The translations under genes were made by a program, and so were the position numbers. DNA of 64,000 nt from positions 12,028,001 through 12,092,000 of the forward strand of contig NC_043010.1 of assembly GCF_006345805.1 (NCBI RefSeq), written 5' to 3'. The notes below the pieces were generated by a model. It worked only from the letters and a program-made list of their open reading frames with translations. It was not told the DNA's origin and searched no databases. Positions 41,605 through 54,821 of the stretch are shown here, in pieces. The stretch comes from Octopus sinensis (taxonomy: Eukaryota). Every line of letters starts with the position of its first letter. The stretch's first letter is position 1.

Positions 41605-41747
41605 TAAAATGAGATAACTTTGCCAAGAAATCAAAACTGAGTTATAGAATGCATTTGCGATTTCCAAAGTTAAATTGAATTTAGAATACAGAGAATGACA
41701 CAAGTATAAACTGCCATGCACTTAATATGATGCCCAACAACCACTTT

Positions 41748-42062
41748 GCATTTCATCCTTTCGGGGTCGATAAATTAAGTACCAGTTATGCACGGGGGGT
41801 CGATGTAATCGACTTAATCCGTTTGTCTGTCCTTGTTTGTCCTCTCTGTGTTTAGCCCCTTGTGGTAGTAAAGAAATAGGTATTTCATCTGCCGCTATGT
41901 TCTGAGTTCAAATTCCGCCAAGGTCAACTTTGCCTTTCATCCTTTCAGGGTCGATAAATTAAGTACCAGTTACGCACTGGGGTCGATATAATCGACTTAA
42001 TCCTTTTGTCTGTCCTTGTTTGTCCCCTCTGTGTGTAGCCTCTTGTGGGTAGTAAAGAAATA
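41748..42062 (+). mobile_element. SINE C head-less dimer
   Basis: Junction AAAGAAATAG|GTATTTC at about 41880. Confidence 0.85.
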
Positions 42063-42471
42063 AGAGTGCCGAAAGGTTAAAGAAATAAGAGTGCCGAAAG
42101 GTTAAATGCAAGATTAGCATTGTTTTAACACTTCCAACTCAATGTCTACTCAGTTAGAATTGATGTTTAGTCTTTGAGTTAAACAACAACAGTAACAAGT
42201 GGGTCTTGGCTTTATTCACTCAAAAGTTTATTCTTTGGCCATCTGCACCAAATTTTACCTTTCTTCCTCTGGGAGTTTATAAAGGAAATACCAACTCCAT
42301 GCTATCACAGATTCCTTTTCCTCTACCAGTAAAATCCTGGATATTCTACTGGGTTGAAAGTGTGAGGGCCAAAAAAAAGTGTTCGTGTTAGTTCAGGAAT
42401 ATACAAATAATTAGTGTAAACAATTAGTGGAAACATGGTACTTACTAACAAGTAAAAAGTAAAGTTACATT

Positions 42472-42708
42472 CTTGAGTCACGCTGACTCACAAGGGCCAG
42501 TTTCCTGGTTTCATGGTGTATATATTCCACACCTGGATGGAACGCCAGTCCATTGCAGGATTGCTTTGTTTTACCAGCTGAGTGGACTGGAGCAACATGA
42601 AATGAACTGTTTTGCTCAAGAACACAATGCATTGCCCGGTCCAGGAATTGAAACTACAATCTTATGATCATGAGTGCAACACCACTAACCACTAAGCCAT
42701 GCACCTCC
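42472..42708 (-). mobile_element. SINE related to the 15077 copy
   Basis: tRNA-like head and CTGGATGGAACGCCAGTCCATTGCAGG domain. Confidence 0.7.
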
Positions 42709-43049
42709 ACTACCTACAAACAAGTCATCCCTGTTTGCAAGCAACAGACATAATAGTTTTGTGTGGGTGGGGGTATGGCAGATGGCTGTCTTAGTAACAT
42801 TATAGGCCCTTGGACAAATCAGTGTGCTAGGCCCCAATAGTACTTACTTATAAACAGCAAGCCACATAGATCAAAAATAGGCCCCTAGACCCCATGAAAG
42901 CCTCTGGGCAACTGCCCAGTGTGACCATGTCTTAAGGCAGCACAGTGTGTGTGTATGTGTATGTGTGTGTGTGTGCGTGTGTGTATGTGGGAATGTGTGT
43001 GTGTGTGTGTCTGTGTGTGTGTGTGTGAGATAAAATATTACCTTCAGAT

Positions 43050-43742
43050 TTTTGGCACAAGGTCAACAAATATAAGGGAGAAGTTAAGTCAATTACCTTG
43101 ACCCCTGTATTCAACTGGTACTTACTTTATTGACCCAGAAAGGATGAAAAGCATGTTTGACTCAGCAGAATTTGAATTCAGGACATAAAGACGAAAGCCA
43201 CTGGGCATTTTGCCCAGTGTGCTAATGTTTCTGTCTGGCCACTGCCTTTGTGTGGTAAAATATTCTTTTCTACTCTAGGTACAAGGCCTGAAATTTTGGG
43301 GGAGGGGGCCATTCGATTAGATTGACCCCAGTATGCAACTGGTACTTAATTTATCAACCCCGAAAGGATGAAAGGCAAAGTTCACCTCAGTGGAATTTGA
43401 ACTCAGAACATAAAGACAGACATAAAGACATAAAGACAGACGAAATACCACTAAGCATTTCCCCCAGCGTGCTAACATTTCTTATTTCTTTATTGCCCAC
43501 AAGGGGCTAAACATGGAGGGGACAAACAAGGACAGACAAAGGGCTTAAGTCGATTACATCGACCCCAGTGCGTAACTGGTACTTAATTTATCGGCCCTGA
43601 AAGGATGAAAGGCAAAGTTGACATCAGCGGAATTTGAACTCAGAACGTAGCGGCAGACGAAATACCGCTAACCATTTCGGTAGACGAAATACCGCTAAGC
43701 AGTTCACCCAGCGTGCTAACGTTTCTGCCAGCTAACCACCTT
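43050..43742 (-). mobile_element. Cluster of three SINE C copies
   Basis: Repeated core; junction at about 43482. Confidence 0.8.
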
Positions 43743-44335
43743 TGTGTGGTGAAATATTAAGAAAACATGATCAGATTTTCACTCATATGATGACCACTCA
43801 AAAAGAAAGAGGAAATCCTCACAAAAACTAAAAATTTCCAGCTATTAGCATGAGGTATTTCCTGGAAAAAACATGTAACTTATTTGGTTGAGTTTAACAT
43901 TTAAAACTGAAAGAGAACCTTGTTAAACAACTCAAATGTAGGTATATTTTACAAATAGTTGGAGAATTGCATGCGGGCTAAAACACATTTTCTTTTCATT
44001 TTGTCTCTCAGTATGTCACTTCCTTTCTCCCTCAATCACTCTCTCTACCTGTCTCTCTCTCTCTCTCCTTCCCCTCAACATATGTGTAATTAATTATATT
44101 GACACATGTCTGCACACTTACATAAACACTCACATGCCTGCATGGATGGATACTCACATATATACTTTATATATATATATGTGTGTGTGTGTGTATGTAT
44201 ATATATATACATACATATATATATATCATATATCACGTGTTATAAATTATATATAATAATATGTTACATATATCATACACAATAGACATATATATATATA
44301 TATATATATATATACCCATACATAATTACACACAT

Positions 44336-44372
<37 letters not shown>

Positions 44373-45312
44373 CACACTCACACAAGCACAGACTCACACA
44401 CATACACACATTGAAACACGGTCACACACACACACATTAAATTAATAACACAGTAATAAAAGCATCCAATTAATAGAAATTCTAATATAGTTTACCTACA
44501 ATAATTGCTTAATATTCCTCTCCAGAATTCAGATTGCTAATTAATTTCAAAAACAAAAAAAAAATAAACAAAGTCATAAATAAAATATATATATATTATA
44601 TATATATATATTGTATATATATATATTATATATATATATAAGTAAATAAATAAACAAATGATGAGTATTTTCAGTAGGTTTTCATAATTGTCCATCAAAT
44701 TTTTCCTCTTTCATTGCCAACGTGAAACAATAATTGTCGGTAACATTTGCTAGTAAATAAAATTCCAGCTTTGCCTAGAAATCTGAACGAATTGCATCGA
44801 AAATAATGAAATGCTAAACTGTACATTCTAATTGCGTATTAATAGTTCCACAATTTCCTGTAATTAATGGTACGAGTAAAGGACATTTGGACAGAAATAT
44901 CTGGCTAAGCCGAGCGCTACGCTTTCCTCTGTCGTCTCTTCTAATCTTTACTTTTCTTCCAGCTCTCATTCTGCTCTTTACTGTATATATTAAATATGTT
45001 AAAGTGTATGTGGTGTATACATGGTGTGTGTGCGTATATATATGTGTATGTGTGTGCACGTGCATATGTGTGTGTGTGTATTCACATTTTTTAGTGTTTC
45101 TGTTACAATATATATTAATGTGTATATATATTATATACACTTGTTGTACTTACACACACATACACGCACACACACACATACATATACATACATAAATATA
45201 TATATATATATATACATGTATATTACATATAGACACATATATGTGTGAATGTATGTGTGTATGTACTTATATGTGTGTGTTTAAACATTCACAAGCGTGT
45301 TTATGTTTGAAA

Positions 45313-45412
45313 NNNNNNNNNNNNNNNNNNNNNNNNNNNNNNNNNNNNNNNNNNNNNNNNNNNNNNNNNNNNNNNNNNNNNNNNNNNNNNNNNNNNNNNN
45401 NNNNNNNNNNNN
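45313..45412. other. Assembly gap (100 N)
   Basis: Run of N. Confidence 1.
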
Positions 45413-45544
45413 GGTTGATAAACATAAGTACCAGATTGTGTGTACTGGGGTTTGATCTAATCGATTTTCTTCCTCCCCAAAACATTTCGGGCCTTGTGTC
45501 TAGAGAAGGAAAGAATGTGTATATCAACACATAGATAGATAGAT

Positions 45545-45675
45545 TTAAGCATGCATATACCAACTATCTATCCAGCTATCTCTCTATCCATCTCTCTATC
45601 TATCTAATCTGTCTATCTCTCTATCTATATATCTATCTATATATCTATCTATCTATCTGTCTCTCTATCTCTCTC

Positions 45676-45746
<71 letters not shown>

Positions 45747-45747
45747 C

Positions 45748-45783
<36 letters not shown>
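45545..45783. repeat. (ATCT)n/(CT)n array
   Basis: Direct reading. Confidence 0.95.
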
Positions 45784-46464
45784 GTGTCTATGTATGTATT
45801 CTTCTATGCATACTGTTGTGTGTGAAAGTTGAGTGTCAATGTGTGCTGTGCATGTGTGAGTGTGTATGTGTATGTGTGTGTACTACTTTCAGTCTGCTAA
45901 TATATGCAGTGTGCATGTGTGTGTGTATGTGTGTATGTATGTGTATGTATCTGTATGTGCATATATGTGCTAATGAGTGTATATGCCTCAATGTTCCTAA
46001 TTAGGTATGAAGATATTGATCAGATATAACGATATGATGTATACACTGAAGGCAATATTCAAGAAATGGTTTTATTGAAGCAGAAACACACCAGCAAATA
46101 TACACATATGATGTATAGACAGACACTTGAGTATAAATATATACCCACACCTAGCGAAATTGGCAAATATTTAGAGAGACAATAAGCAAATAGCGAAACA
46201 GTTTATTGATTATACACACAAACTGTTTAATTGTAAAAGTTCATATGTGTATACAGGCATACAACAGTGTCTATACAAACTTTTTTCATATGTACTCACA
46301 CTCATACATTCATATTCGCACCCATTCACACTGCCATTCATATACATACACTCAAATACAATAGACACACGCTCACATATATGTAGGTATATATATATAT
46401 ATATTCATTTATGTATATGTGTTTGTCTGCATTCATTGACTTCATCGACAGATGTGTGTGTGGT

Positions 46465-46497
<33 letters not shown>

Positions 46498-46521
46498 ATA
46501 TGATATATATATATATATAAT

Positions 46522-46603
<82 letters not shown>

Positions 46604-47369
46604 CATACATACATACATATCTATATGTATTTACATACACAACACACACACACACACATATATATATACACGTGTGTGTAACTCATTCTGCATTCTCAAC
46701 GTCATCCCTTACCACTATATCGGTCCCTGAACACCTTCATAAATCTGCCATTGACAGCCCCTCCACCTTTGTTCCTCACTCACAATTTCCTCCCTATATA
46801 GCTCTGACCTCTGTCTCTGTCACTGCGCATCCCTCTATCTCTCACATCCTCTCTCACTTCACATCACCATCTCTCTATTTCTCATCTATCTATAGTTTTA
46901 TTATACTGCTACTCTCCACCCCCTCCTTTTTATACTTACATATATTACCTCCTCCTCTTTTCAGATCCACTCCCATTTCCTTCATCTTCACCCCCTCATT
47001 CCAATATTCACCAGTGACTGTTCCTTCTACCTCAATACCCAACCCACTTAGTTGAGTGGGAGTGTGATACCGAGGGAGGTTGTTCACTAGTGCTGGTACC
47101 ATGGTAAAATACCTACTATACTCAGTGAAGTGATTGGCATTAGAAAGGGCATCCAGCCACAGAAATCATGCTGAAGCAAAGCAAACAATGGAATTCAATG
47201 CAGACCTCTGAGTTGTTGGATCCTGTTAAATGATGCAATTCATGCCAGCATGAAGGACGGATTTTGAAAGATAATGATGATGATGTATAGCTCTGGCTCC
47301 CTCTTTCTCTCTTCATTTTCTCAGTTTCTCTCTTCATTTTCTCAGTTTCTCTCTCTCTCTCTCCTTCTA

Positions 47370-47694
47370 TATATGTGTGTGTGTACGTGCGTGTATGTAT
47401 GTATGTATGTATGTATGTGTGTGTGTATGTATGTGTGTATGTATGTATGTGTGTATGTATGTATGTATGTATGTATGTGTGTGTATGTATGTGTGTATGT
47501 ATGTATGTATGTATGTATGTATGCATGCATGTATGTATGTATGTGTGCTATACATGTATGTATGTGTGTATGTATGTATGTATGTATGTATGTATGTATG
47601 TATGTGTGTATGTATGTATGTATGTGTGTATGTATGTATGTGTGTATGTATGTGTGTATGTATGTATGTGTGCTGTGCATGTATGTATGTATGT
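47370..47694. repeat. (TATG)n array
   Basis: Direct reading. Confidence 0.95.
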
Positions 47695-47909
47695 GCGCCA
47701 ATCGCGAAAGCGCATGGCTCGTATAGTGAATGGGGAAAGCTTGGTCTGCAATGTTTGCAGTCATGTATGCTTGTCAAGAGCAGGGCTCATTAGCCACCAG
47801 CGGAGCCGCAAATGCAAAATATAAGTTAGTCCTAGAGCGCACAATGTTCCTGAAGGTCGGCAACGGTCTTCCTCGGTCACAAGTGGACGGCCATCATGTA
47901 TGTATGTAT
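47695..47909 (+). mobile_element. 5'-truncated RTE-type LINE 3' end with C-terminal C2H2-like finger and (ATGT)n tail
   Basis: RQSRKRMARIVNGESLVCNVCSHVCLSRAGLISHQRSRKCKI*, short UTR, GGACGGCCATC(ATGT)n. Confidence 0.75.
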
Positions 47910-48707
47910 TTGGACCACATAAAAAGCACCCAGCACACTCTGTAAAGCAATTGGCATTAGGAAGAGCATCCAGCTGTAGAAACCAAGCCAACTCAGACTG
48001 GAACCTGGTGTAGCTCTCCAGCTTTGCCAGCTCTGGTCATTAATTTAGTTATGCTTTCTTGAAAGATCTAAATGAAAGAACTCAAGCACTGAAAATTGTG
48101 TCAATATTGATACACTAAGAAAAAAAAAGTTACAAAGCAAAAAGTGGTCAAAGAGGGATCACCAATAAATTTTGTGCCATTGAAAGCTTTGTAAAGGATA
48201 TTTAAAAGTCTTTTATTTATGAGTGTTAAATTATATTTACTGCTCATTAAACCCCCCCCCCCATGATCCTTCCAAAATGTATGGAAAGTGTTATTTTACA
48301 TCTAAACCAAATCTCATCTTTATATCAAAATAAATACTTTTTTCTGGTGTTATTATTAATTATCTACGCTAACAAATAACTAAAAAAAAAAAAAACTCAA
48401 AATTATATTAAAATATATTAAACTTTGATAATTTACAGAATTTAGACATAAAAATTTTTTCATTGCCAAATTTATATGAAAAGATATTTCTGACTTTTAT
48501 TTAAATAATTTTTAAAATTGTTATTTGTATTTGAATGTCACTGAAACAAAAACATAAAAAAAAATAGATTTTGGTTTCAGAAATATATTATTTTCTAACA
48601 GTTTTTTTACAAAGCTGCTTTTCTGTTATAGTTCTGATCATGTCTCTATCACTCTCCTCCTGATTGTTACGTTCCTCCTCCTAATCCTCATGTTCTTCCT
48701 GGTTATC

Positions 48708-48886
48708 ATGTTTGGATGTAACAAGGGTGGTAAAAGACCAGGCAAAGGATATAACAAGTGCCATCACAATATTCTACGTGACAACATCCAAAGTATCACC
48801 AAGCTAACCATCTGATGCTTGGCTTGTAATGGGTGGCATCAAGCATGTCTCAGACTCTTGGTATGCTCAAGGTGTTTTTCAAGAGT
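48708..48886 (+). pseudogene. H4: Histone H4 pseudogene (N-terminal two-thirds)
   Basis: MFGCNKGGKRPGKGYNKCHHNILRDNIQSITKLTI*CLAC../GGIKHVSD../GMLKVFF aligns with H4 [56 protein letters not shown]. Stop, frameshift and deletion present. Confidence 0.9.
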
Positions 48887-48891
48887 CTAAA

Positions 48892-49259
48892 TACTCTTTT
48901 ACTCTTTTACTTGTTTCAGTCATTTGACTGCGGCCATCCTGGAGCACCGCCTTTAGTCGAGCAAATCGATCCCGGGACTTATTCTTTGTAAGCCCAGTAC
49001 TTATTCTATCGGTCTCTTTTGCCGAACCGCTAAGTGACGGGGACGTAAACACACCAGCATCGGTTGTCAAGCAATGCTAGGGGCACAAACACAGACACAC
49101 AAACACACACACACATACACACACACTTATATATATATATATACATATATACGACAGGCTTCTTTCAGTTTCCGTCTACCAAATCCACTCACAAGGCATT
49201 GGTCGGCCCGGGGCTATAGCAGAAGACACTTGCCCAAGATGCCACGCAGTGGGACTGAA
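48892..49259 (-). mobile_element. SINE family A, head truncated
   Basis: Family A match. Confidence 0.88.
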
Positions 49260-49483
49260 TGATCAGAACACCTTCATTCAAACTATTTGACTCTACTGCT
49301 TTCTAACTAATTCATTCAGTTACTTTAACATTTTCCCTTTCTTCTCAGGCTCTTCATTAGCATTTTTACATAAGTTTTTCCAATTTATAAAATTACATTT
49401 CAGTGTGATGTTATTGTTTTGAGAAAAAAATTAATTTTTTCGGCCTTTATGTTAAGTTTTGTCTCAATCACAACCACATATTT

Positions 49484-49770
49484 CATCATCATCATCATTT
49501 AGCGTACGCTTTCCATGCTAGCATGGGTTGGACGGTTCAACTGGTGTTTGTGAAGCCAGAAGGCTGCACCAGGCTCCAGTCTGATCTGGCAGTGTTTCTA
49601 CGGCTGGATGCCCGTCCTAACGCCAACCAATCCCTGAGTGTAGTGGGTGCTTTTTACGTGCCACCCGCACAGGTGCCAGACGGAGCTGGCAAACGGCCAC
49701 GAACAGATGGTGCTTTTACGTACCACCGGCACGGGGGCCAGGCGAGGCTGGCAATTTGTAAAAATCATCG
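49484..49770 (-). mobile_element. SINE family D
   Basis: Reverse copy with (CAT)n tail. Confidence 0.82.
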
Positions 49771-50217
49771 CCAGTAAAAAGAGTAGACAAGCAGGCAAAA
49801 TGCAGGTGCTGGAGTGATAAATATTCTTAGCTAGTTGAACTGGAAAAGCACAGAACAAGATATGAAACCTATTGTAGCTGAAGTTGGAATTTGAATATAA
49901 ATATGTCTTTTGGTAAGGGTCAGATCAGAAAAAGTAGGGAAAAGATTGAAGACAGCATGTTTGGTAATGTGAATAAATTTGAAGGTTCAATCTTTTTTTC
50001 CTTATAGCTCATTCACATTCACCTGTCTAACTGAAACCATATCCAATAACTAATACCGAATACCGAGTTTAAGGAAGGTAAGTTAGATTCTGTGTGCTTT
50101 GAGGGAAGGAAATTTATTGGTCAAGCTTATTAGAAGTCATGAGTATCAAGGGTGAAAGTGTGTTTTTAAGTATCAAGAACCAAGAATATTGGATTTACAG
50201 AGCTTTATAAAGATATA

Positions 50218-50589
50218 GGTGCAGGAGTGGCTGTGTGGTAAGTAGCTTGCTTACCAATCACATGGTTCCGGGTTCATTTTCCCTGCTTGGAACCTTGGGC
50301 AAGTGTCTTCTACTATAGACCAAAGCCTTGTGAGTGGATTTGGTAGATGGAAACTGAAAGAAGCCTGTCATATACATGTACATATTTATGTATGTATGTG
50401 TATATGTTTGTGTGTCTGTGTTTATCCCCCCAACATCGCTTGACAACTTAGTGGTTCGGCAAAAGACACTGATAGAATAATTACTAGGCTTGCAAAGAAT
50501 AAGTCCTGGGGTCGATTTGCTTGACTAAAGGCAGTGCTCCAGCATGGCCACAGTCAAATGACTGCAACAAGCAAAAGAGTAAAAAGAGT
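50218..50589 (+). mobile_element. SINE family A
   Basis: Family A match. Confidence 0.85.
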
Positions 50590-50941
50590 AGAGAATAAAT
50601 TCTGAACCTTTTGTTTCTACTAGGATAAGTTACAATTTTCTATTGGAGAAAAAATAGACATTATTAAACCATCCTTTCATTTATCTTTCATTATTCCTGT
50701 GCTGGTAGACAGTTTCTACTTGTTTGAGTCTTATTAGGCAAGTTAAATCATATCCTGGTCACTCTTAAGTGAGCTCAAATTTTTGTTGGTTAGAAAAAAT
50801 ATGAAAAGAAGGTAGTTGAAATTCCTTTTAATTTTGAAGGACAAGCTCCATCTCCATCATATATGAACACACCAATTCCCTCCTAAAATACTTTCTATAT
50901 TTATTAGAAAATAAATATAGGAAGTTCTATACAGAACAATA

Positions 50942-51325
50942 GGCGCAGGAGTGGCTGTGTGGCAAGTAGCTTGTTTACCAACCACATGGTTCCGGGTTCA
51001 GTCCCACTGCATGGCAACTTGGGCAAGTGTCTTCTACTATAGCCTCGGGCCGACCAAAGCCTTGTGAGTGGATTTAGTAGACGGAAACTGAAAGAAGCCC
51101 GTCACATATACGTATATATATATGCGTGTGTGTGTATGTTTGTGTGTCTGTGTTTGTCCCCCTAGCATTGCTTGACAACCGATGCTGGTGTGTTTATGTC
51201 CCCATTACTTAACGGTTCGGCAAAAGTGACCGATAGAATAAGCCCCAGGGTCGAGTTGCTCGATTAAAGGCGATGCTCCAGCATGGCCGCAGTCAAATGA
51301 CTGAAACAAGTAAAAGAGTAAAGAG
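50942..51325 (+). mobile_element. SINE family A
   Basis: Family A match. Confidence 0.88.
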
Positions 51326-51360
51326 AGAGAATTCTTTTCATAATGGAGGCTAGAATTTAA

Positions 51361-51581
51361 CCCTTTCATTACCAACCCGGCTGAAACCAGCTCTGGCCCT
51401 GTAGTATAAATGTCTTGTTTTCATAAGTTTTTAATTAAAATCTTCCACCAAACCTTAGTCACAATTTATGTTCCTAACACTAGCTGAATGATAACTAAGT
51501 TATTTTACTAATTTCTTTGTTATATTTAAAGTAATTGAAAGAAACACAGAGCATCTCAAAATAAATACAGCAATGAAAGGA
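51361..51581. mobile_element. MITE E2
   Basis: TTAA-CCCTTT...AAAGGA-TTAA; matches 4173-4393. Confidence 0.85.
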
Positions 51582-51859
51582 TTAAAGAATGGTTATATTT
51601 ATACATTTGAATATAACTAAAAGTAACATGTTCTTTATTTCAGTTCCGACTTCAGGTGCAATATTTTTATGCTTCCACTTCTTGTATAGAAAAGAGAAGA
51701 ACCATTATTTTACTGAGGATTAATTTCCACTTTAATGATTAAAAATATCTTGAAAAGTCATTTTCTTTCACTGCTTCAAATATATTCAACTATAGTAAAA
51801 AAATTTCCATTTCTACAACGTGTGTGTATGTGTATATGAGTGTATGTATATGTATCTTT

Positions 51860-52415
51860 TATCTTTTATCTTTTAGCTTTAACTTGTTTCTGTCATTAAA
51901 CTGAGGCCATGCTGGGGCACCACTTTGAAGAATTTTAGTCAGACACATTGACCCCAGGACTAATTTTTTAGCCTGGTACTTGTTTTATTGGCCTCTTTTG
52001 CTGAACCACTAAGTCACGGTGATATATACACACATGAACATCAGTTGTCAAGCAGTGGTGGGGGACAAACATACACATACATGCATGGTTCCAGGTTCAA
52101 TCCTACTGCATGGCACACTGGGCAAGTATTTCCTACTATAGTCTCAGGCTGACCAAAGACTTATGAGTGAATTTGATTGATGGAAACTGAAAGAAGCCCA
52201 TGCCTGTCATTGTGCTTGTGTCTGTCCCTCGTCACTGCTTGACAACTGGTGTTGGTGTGTTTACATCTCCATAACCTAGTGGTTTAGCAAAAGAGACCAA
52301 TAGAATAAGTACCAGGTATAAATTAAAAAAATAAGTACTGAGGTTGATTTATTTGACTAAAGATTCTTCAAGGCTGTGCCCCAGTGTGGCCACAGTCTTA
52401 GGACTAAAACAAGTA
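51860..52415. mobile_element. Two diverged SINE A copies in opposite orientation
   Basis: Minus copy at 51860-52080, plus copy at 52085-52415. Confidence 0.7.
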
Positions 52416-52434
52416 AGATATATATATATATATT

Positions 52435-52465
<31 letters not shown>

Positions 52466-52814
52466 ATACATATATATATATACAATATAATATAATATAA
52501 TATAAATAATATATAAATATATGCATATATACATATATGTACATACTTACATATATATGTATACATACATGCATATATGGGTACAGGACATCAAAAAGAC
52601 GTTGAACACAATCACATACATCCCTACTTCATACACACACAATTGCGATGTCCTGTACTCGTATATACATATATATGTAGGTATGTACATATACGTATGT
52701 ATATATGCATATATTTATATATTATTTATATTATTATCTGATCAAACAACACACATCCTTTTCCAAGTATATATATATTTATGCATACCTTTCCTTCTTG
52801 TGACACAAACTCTA

Positions 52815-53150
52815 CTTGTGAAGACCTGTTGAGGCAAGTGAAAATCGAAATCGATCAACATCTATGGAAATTGTAGCTGTGATACCAGTGCCGGTGGCAC
52901 GTAAGAGGACCATCCGAACGTGGCCGTTGCCAGTGCCACCCCGACTGGCATCTGTGCCAGTGGCACATAAAAAGCACCCACTACACTCACGGAGTGGTTG
53001 GCATTAGGAAGGGCATCCAGCTGTAGAAACACTGCCACATCAGACTGGGCCTGGCGCAGCCTTCTGGCTTCCCAGACCCCAGATGAACCGCCCAACCCAT
53101 GCTAGCATGGAAAACAGACGTTAAACGATAATGATGATGATGATGATGAT
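52815..53150 (+). mobile_element. SINE family D
   Basis: GGTTGGCATTAGGAAGGGCATCCAGCTGTAGAAAC...GACGTTAAACGAT(AAT)GATGAT. Confidence 0.85.
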
Positions 53151-53159
53151 ATATCTATA

Positions 53160-53218
<59 letters not shown>

Positions 53219-53827
53219 AAGCTTCCACATAGTTTCATAATAATCATTCCTCTGCCAATCTGCTTGCTCCTCCACAAAAAAGAAAAAAATAGATGCACAA
53301 CATGTGTGACAAAGACAGATATTCATAGCTCTGGCTTTAAAGAGCAACCTAACCCAGCCCAACCTATTCACCAGGCCTGCTTTGCTTTGGTTTCTGGTTG
53401 TTTCCAAACTTGAAGTTGTTTCTAAATACGAAGAGAAGTGGATTCTCTTGCTGTAATGAAGAACAACTGTCAATGAATTACTGGCAGTTCACTGAGAAGA
53501 ACAAGAAGTTCCAGTAATATGACATTGAGCAGCTGCACAAAATATACGAAAAGCCCATTGACTTCATTGAAAAATGGAAAATGTAATTGATAACCCTTTG
53601 TCTGCAGACCTGGAAACTGAAAATGCCAAACTTTTCAAGTGAAAGAAACACTGCAATTGGAGAATTCCAGAGCGTGTGAGCCAGACAGTAAACTCTCAGC
53701 TGTAAAAGTAATAATGCTCTCAGTCGTTTCGTCAAAATTGTAAAAAGCATGTCTCCAAAGTGTGACTATTACATATGATGCAAAACTGCCCTACTGTTAA
53801 ATTTATATAAAACTATGATAATAGTAC

Positions 53828-53882
<55 letters not shown>

Positions 53883-53887
<5 letters not shown>

Positions 53888-54114
53888 CTTTACTACCCAC
53901 AAAGGGCTAAACACAGAGAGGACAAACAAGGACAGACAAATGGATTAAGTTGATTACATCGACCCCAGTGCGTAACTGGTACTTAATTTATCGACCCCGA
54001 AAGGATGAATGGCAAAGTCGACCTCGGCAGAATTTGAACCCAGAACGTAACGGCAGACGAAATACGGCTACGCATTTCGCCCGGCGTGCTAACGTTTCTG
54101 CCAGCTCGCTGCCT
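53883..54114 (-). mobile_element. SINE family C, full monomer
   Basis: Head AGGCAGCGAGCTGGCAGAAACGTTAGC; B-box-like GGTTCAAATTC; tail AAAGAAATA. Confidence 0.9.
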
Positions 54115-54116
54115 AC

Positions 54117-54169
<53 letters not shown>

Positions 54170-54328
54170 GCAAAATATATACAAACACACACACATATGT
54201 ATATAAATATATATACACATATAGAAATATATATGTGTGTATGTGTGCATATATATATGTGTGTGTGTGTCTGTGTATGTGTATGTATATAATATATAAA
54301 CACACACACATATATATATATAATATAC

Positions 54329-54674
54329 CACTTCATCGGTTACAACAACGAGGGATCCAGTTGGTCGTAATAAAATTAACGTGCAAGTGGCTGAGCACTC
54401 CACAGACACGTGTACCCTTAACGTAGTTCTCGGGGAGATTCAGCATCACATAGAGTGTGACAAGGCTGGCCCTTTGAAATATAGGTTCAACAGAAACAGG
54501 AAGAAAGGGTGGGAGAAAGTTGTGGTGAAAGAGTACAGCAGGGTTCGCCACCCCACCATGCTGAAACCTTGTGGCATTTTTGCTCAATAAACACTCAACG
54601 CCCGGTCTGGGAATTGAAACCACAATCCTATGACAGTGAGTCCACTGCCCTAACCACTGGGCCATTGCCCCTCC
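54329..54674 (-). mobile_element. SINE family B, tail type i
   Basis: Family B match. Confidence 0.82.
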
Positions 54675-54721
54675 ACACACACACAAATATATAAATAATA
54701 TATACATGTATATATATATAT

Positions 54722-54815
<94 letters not shown>

Positions 54816-54821
54816 ATATAT

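Noticed and set aside
42782-42942. Possible hAT-like MITE (GGCTGTCTTA...TAAGGCAGC)
   Set aside because: Termini too degenerate and no TSD found.
46672-47055. 127-aa Ser/Pro/Thr-rich ORF
   Set aside because: Pyrimidine-rich low-complexity strand bias; no ATG context or recognisable domain.
51600-51620. Possible micro-exon TTTCAG|TTCCGACTTCAG|GTGCAA
   Set aside because: Splice-like motifs this short are expected by chance; no supporting exons.
52581-52658. 12-bp inverted repeat GTACAGGACATC
   Set aside because: Single occurrence with no TSD; too short to call a MITE.
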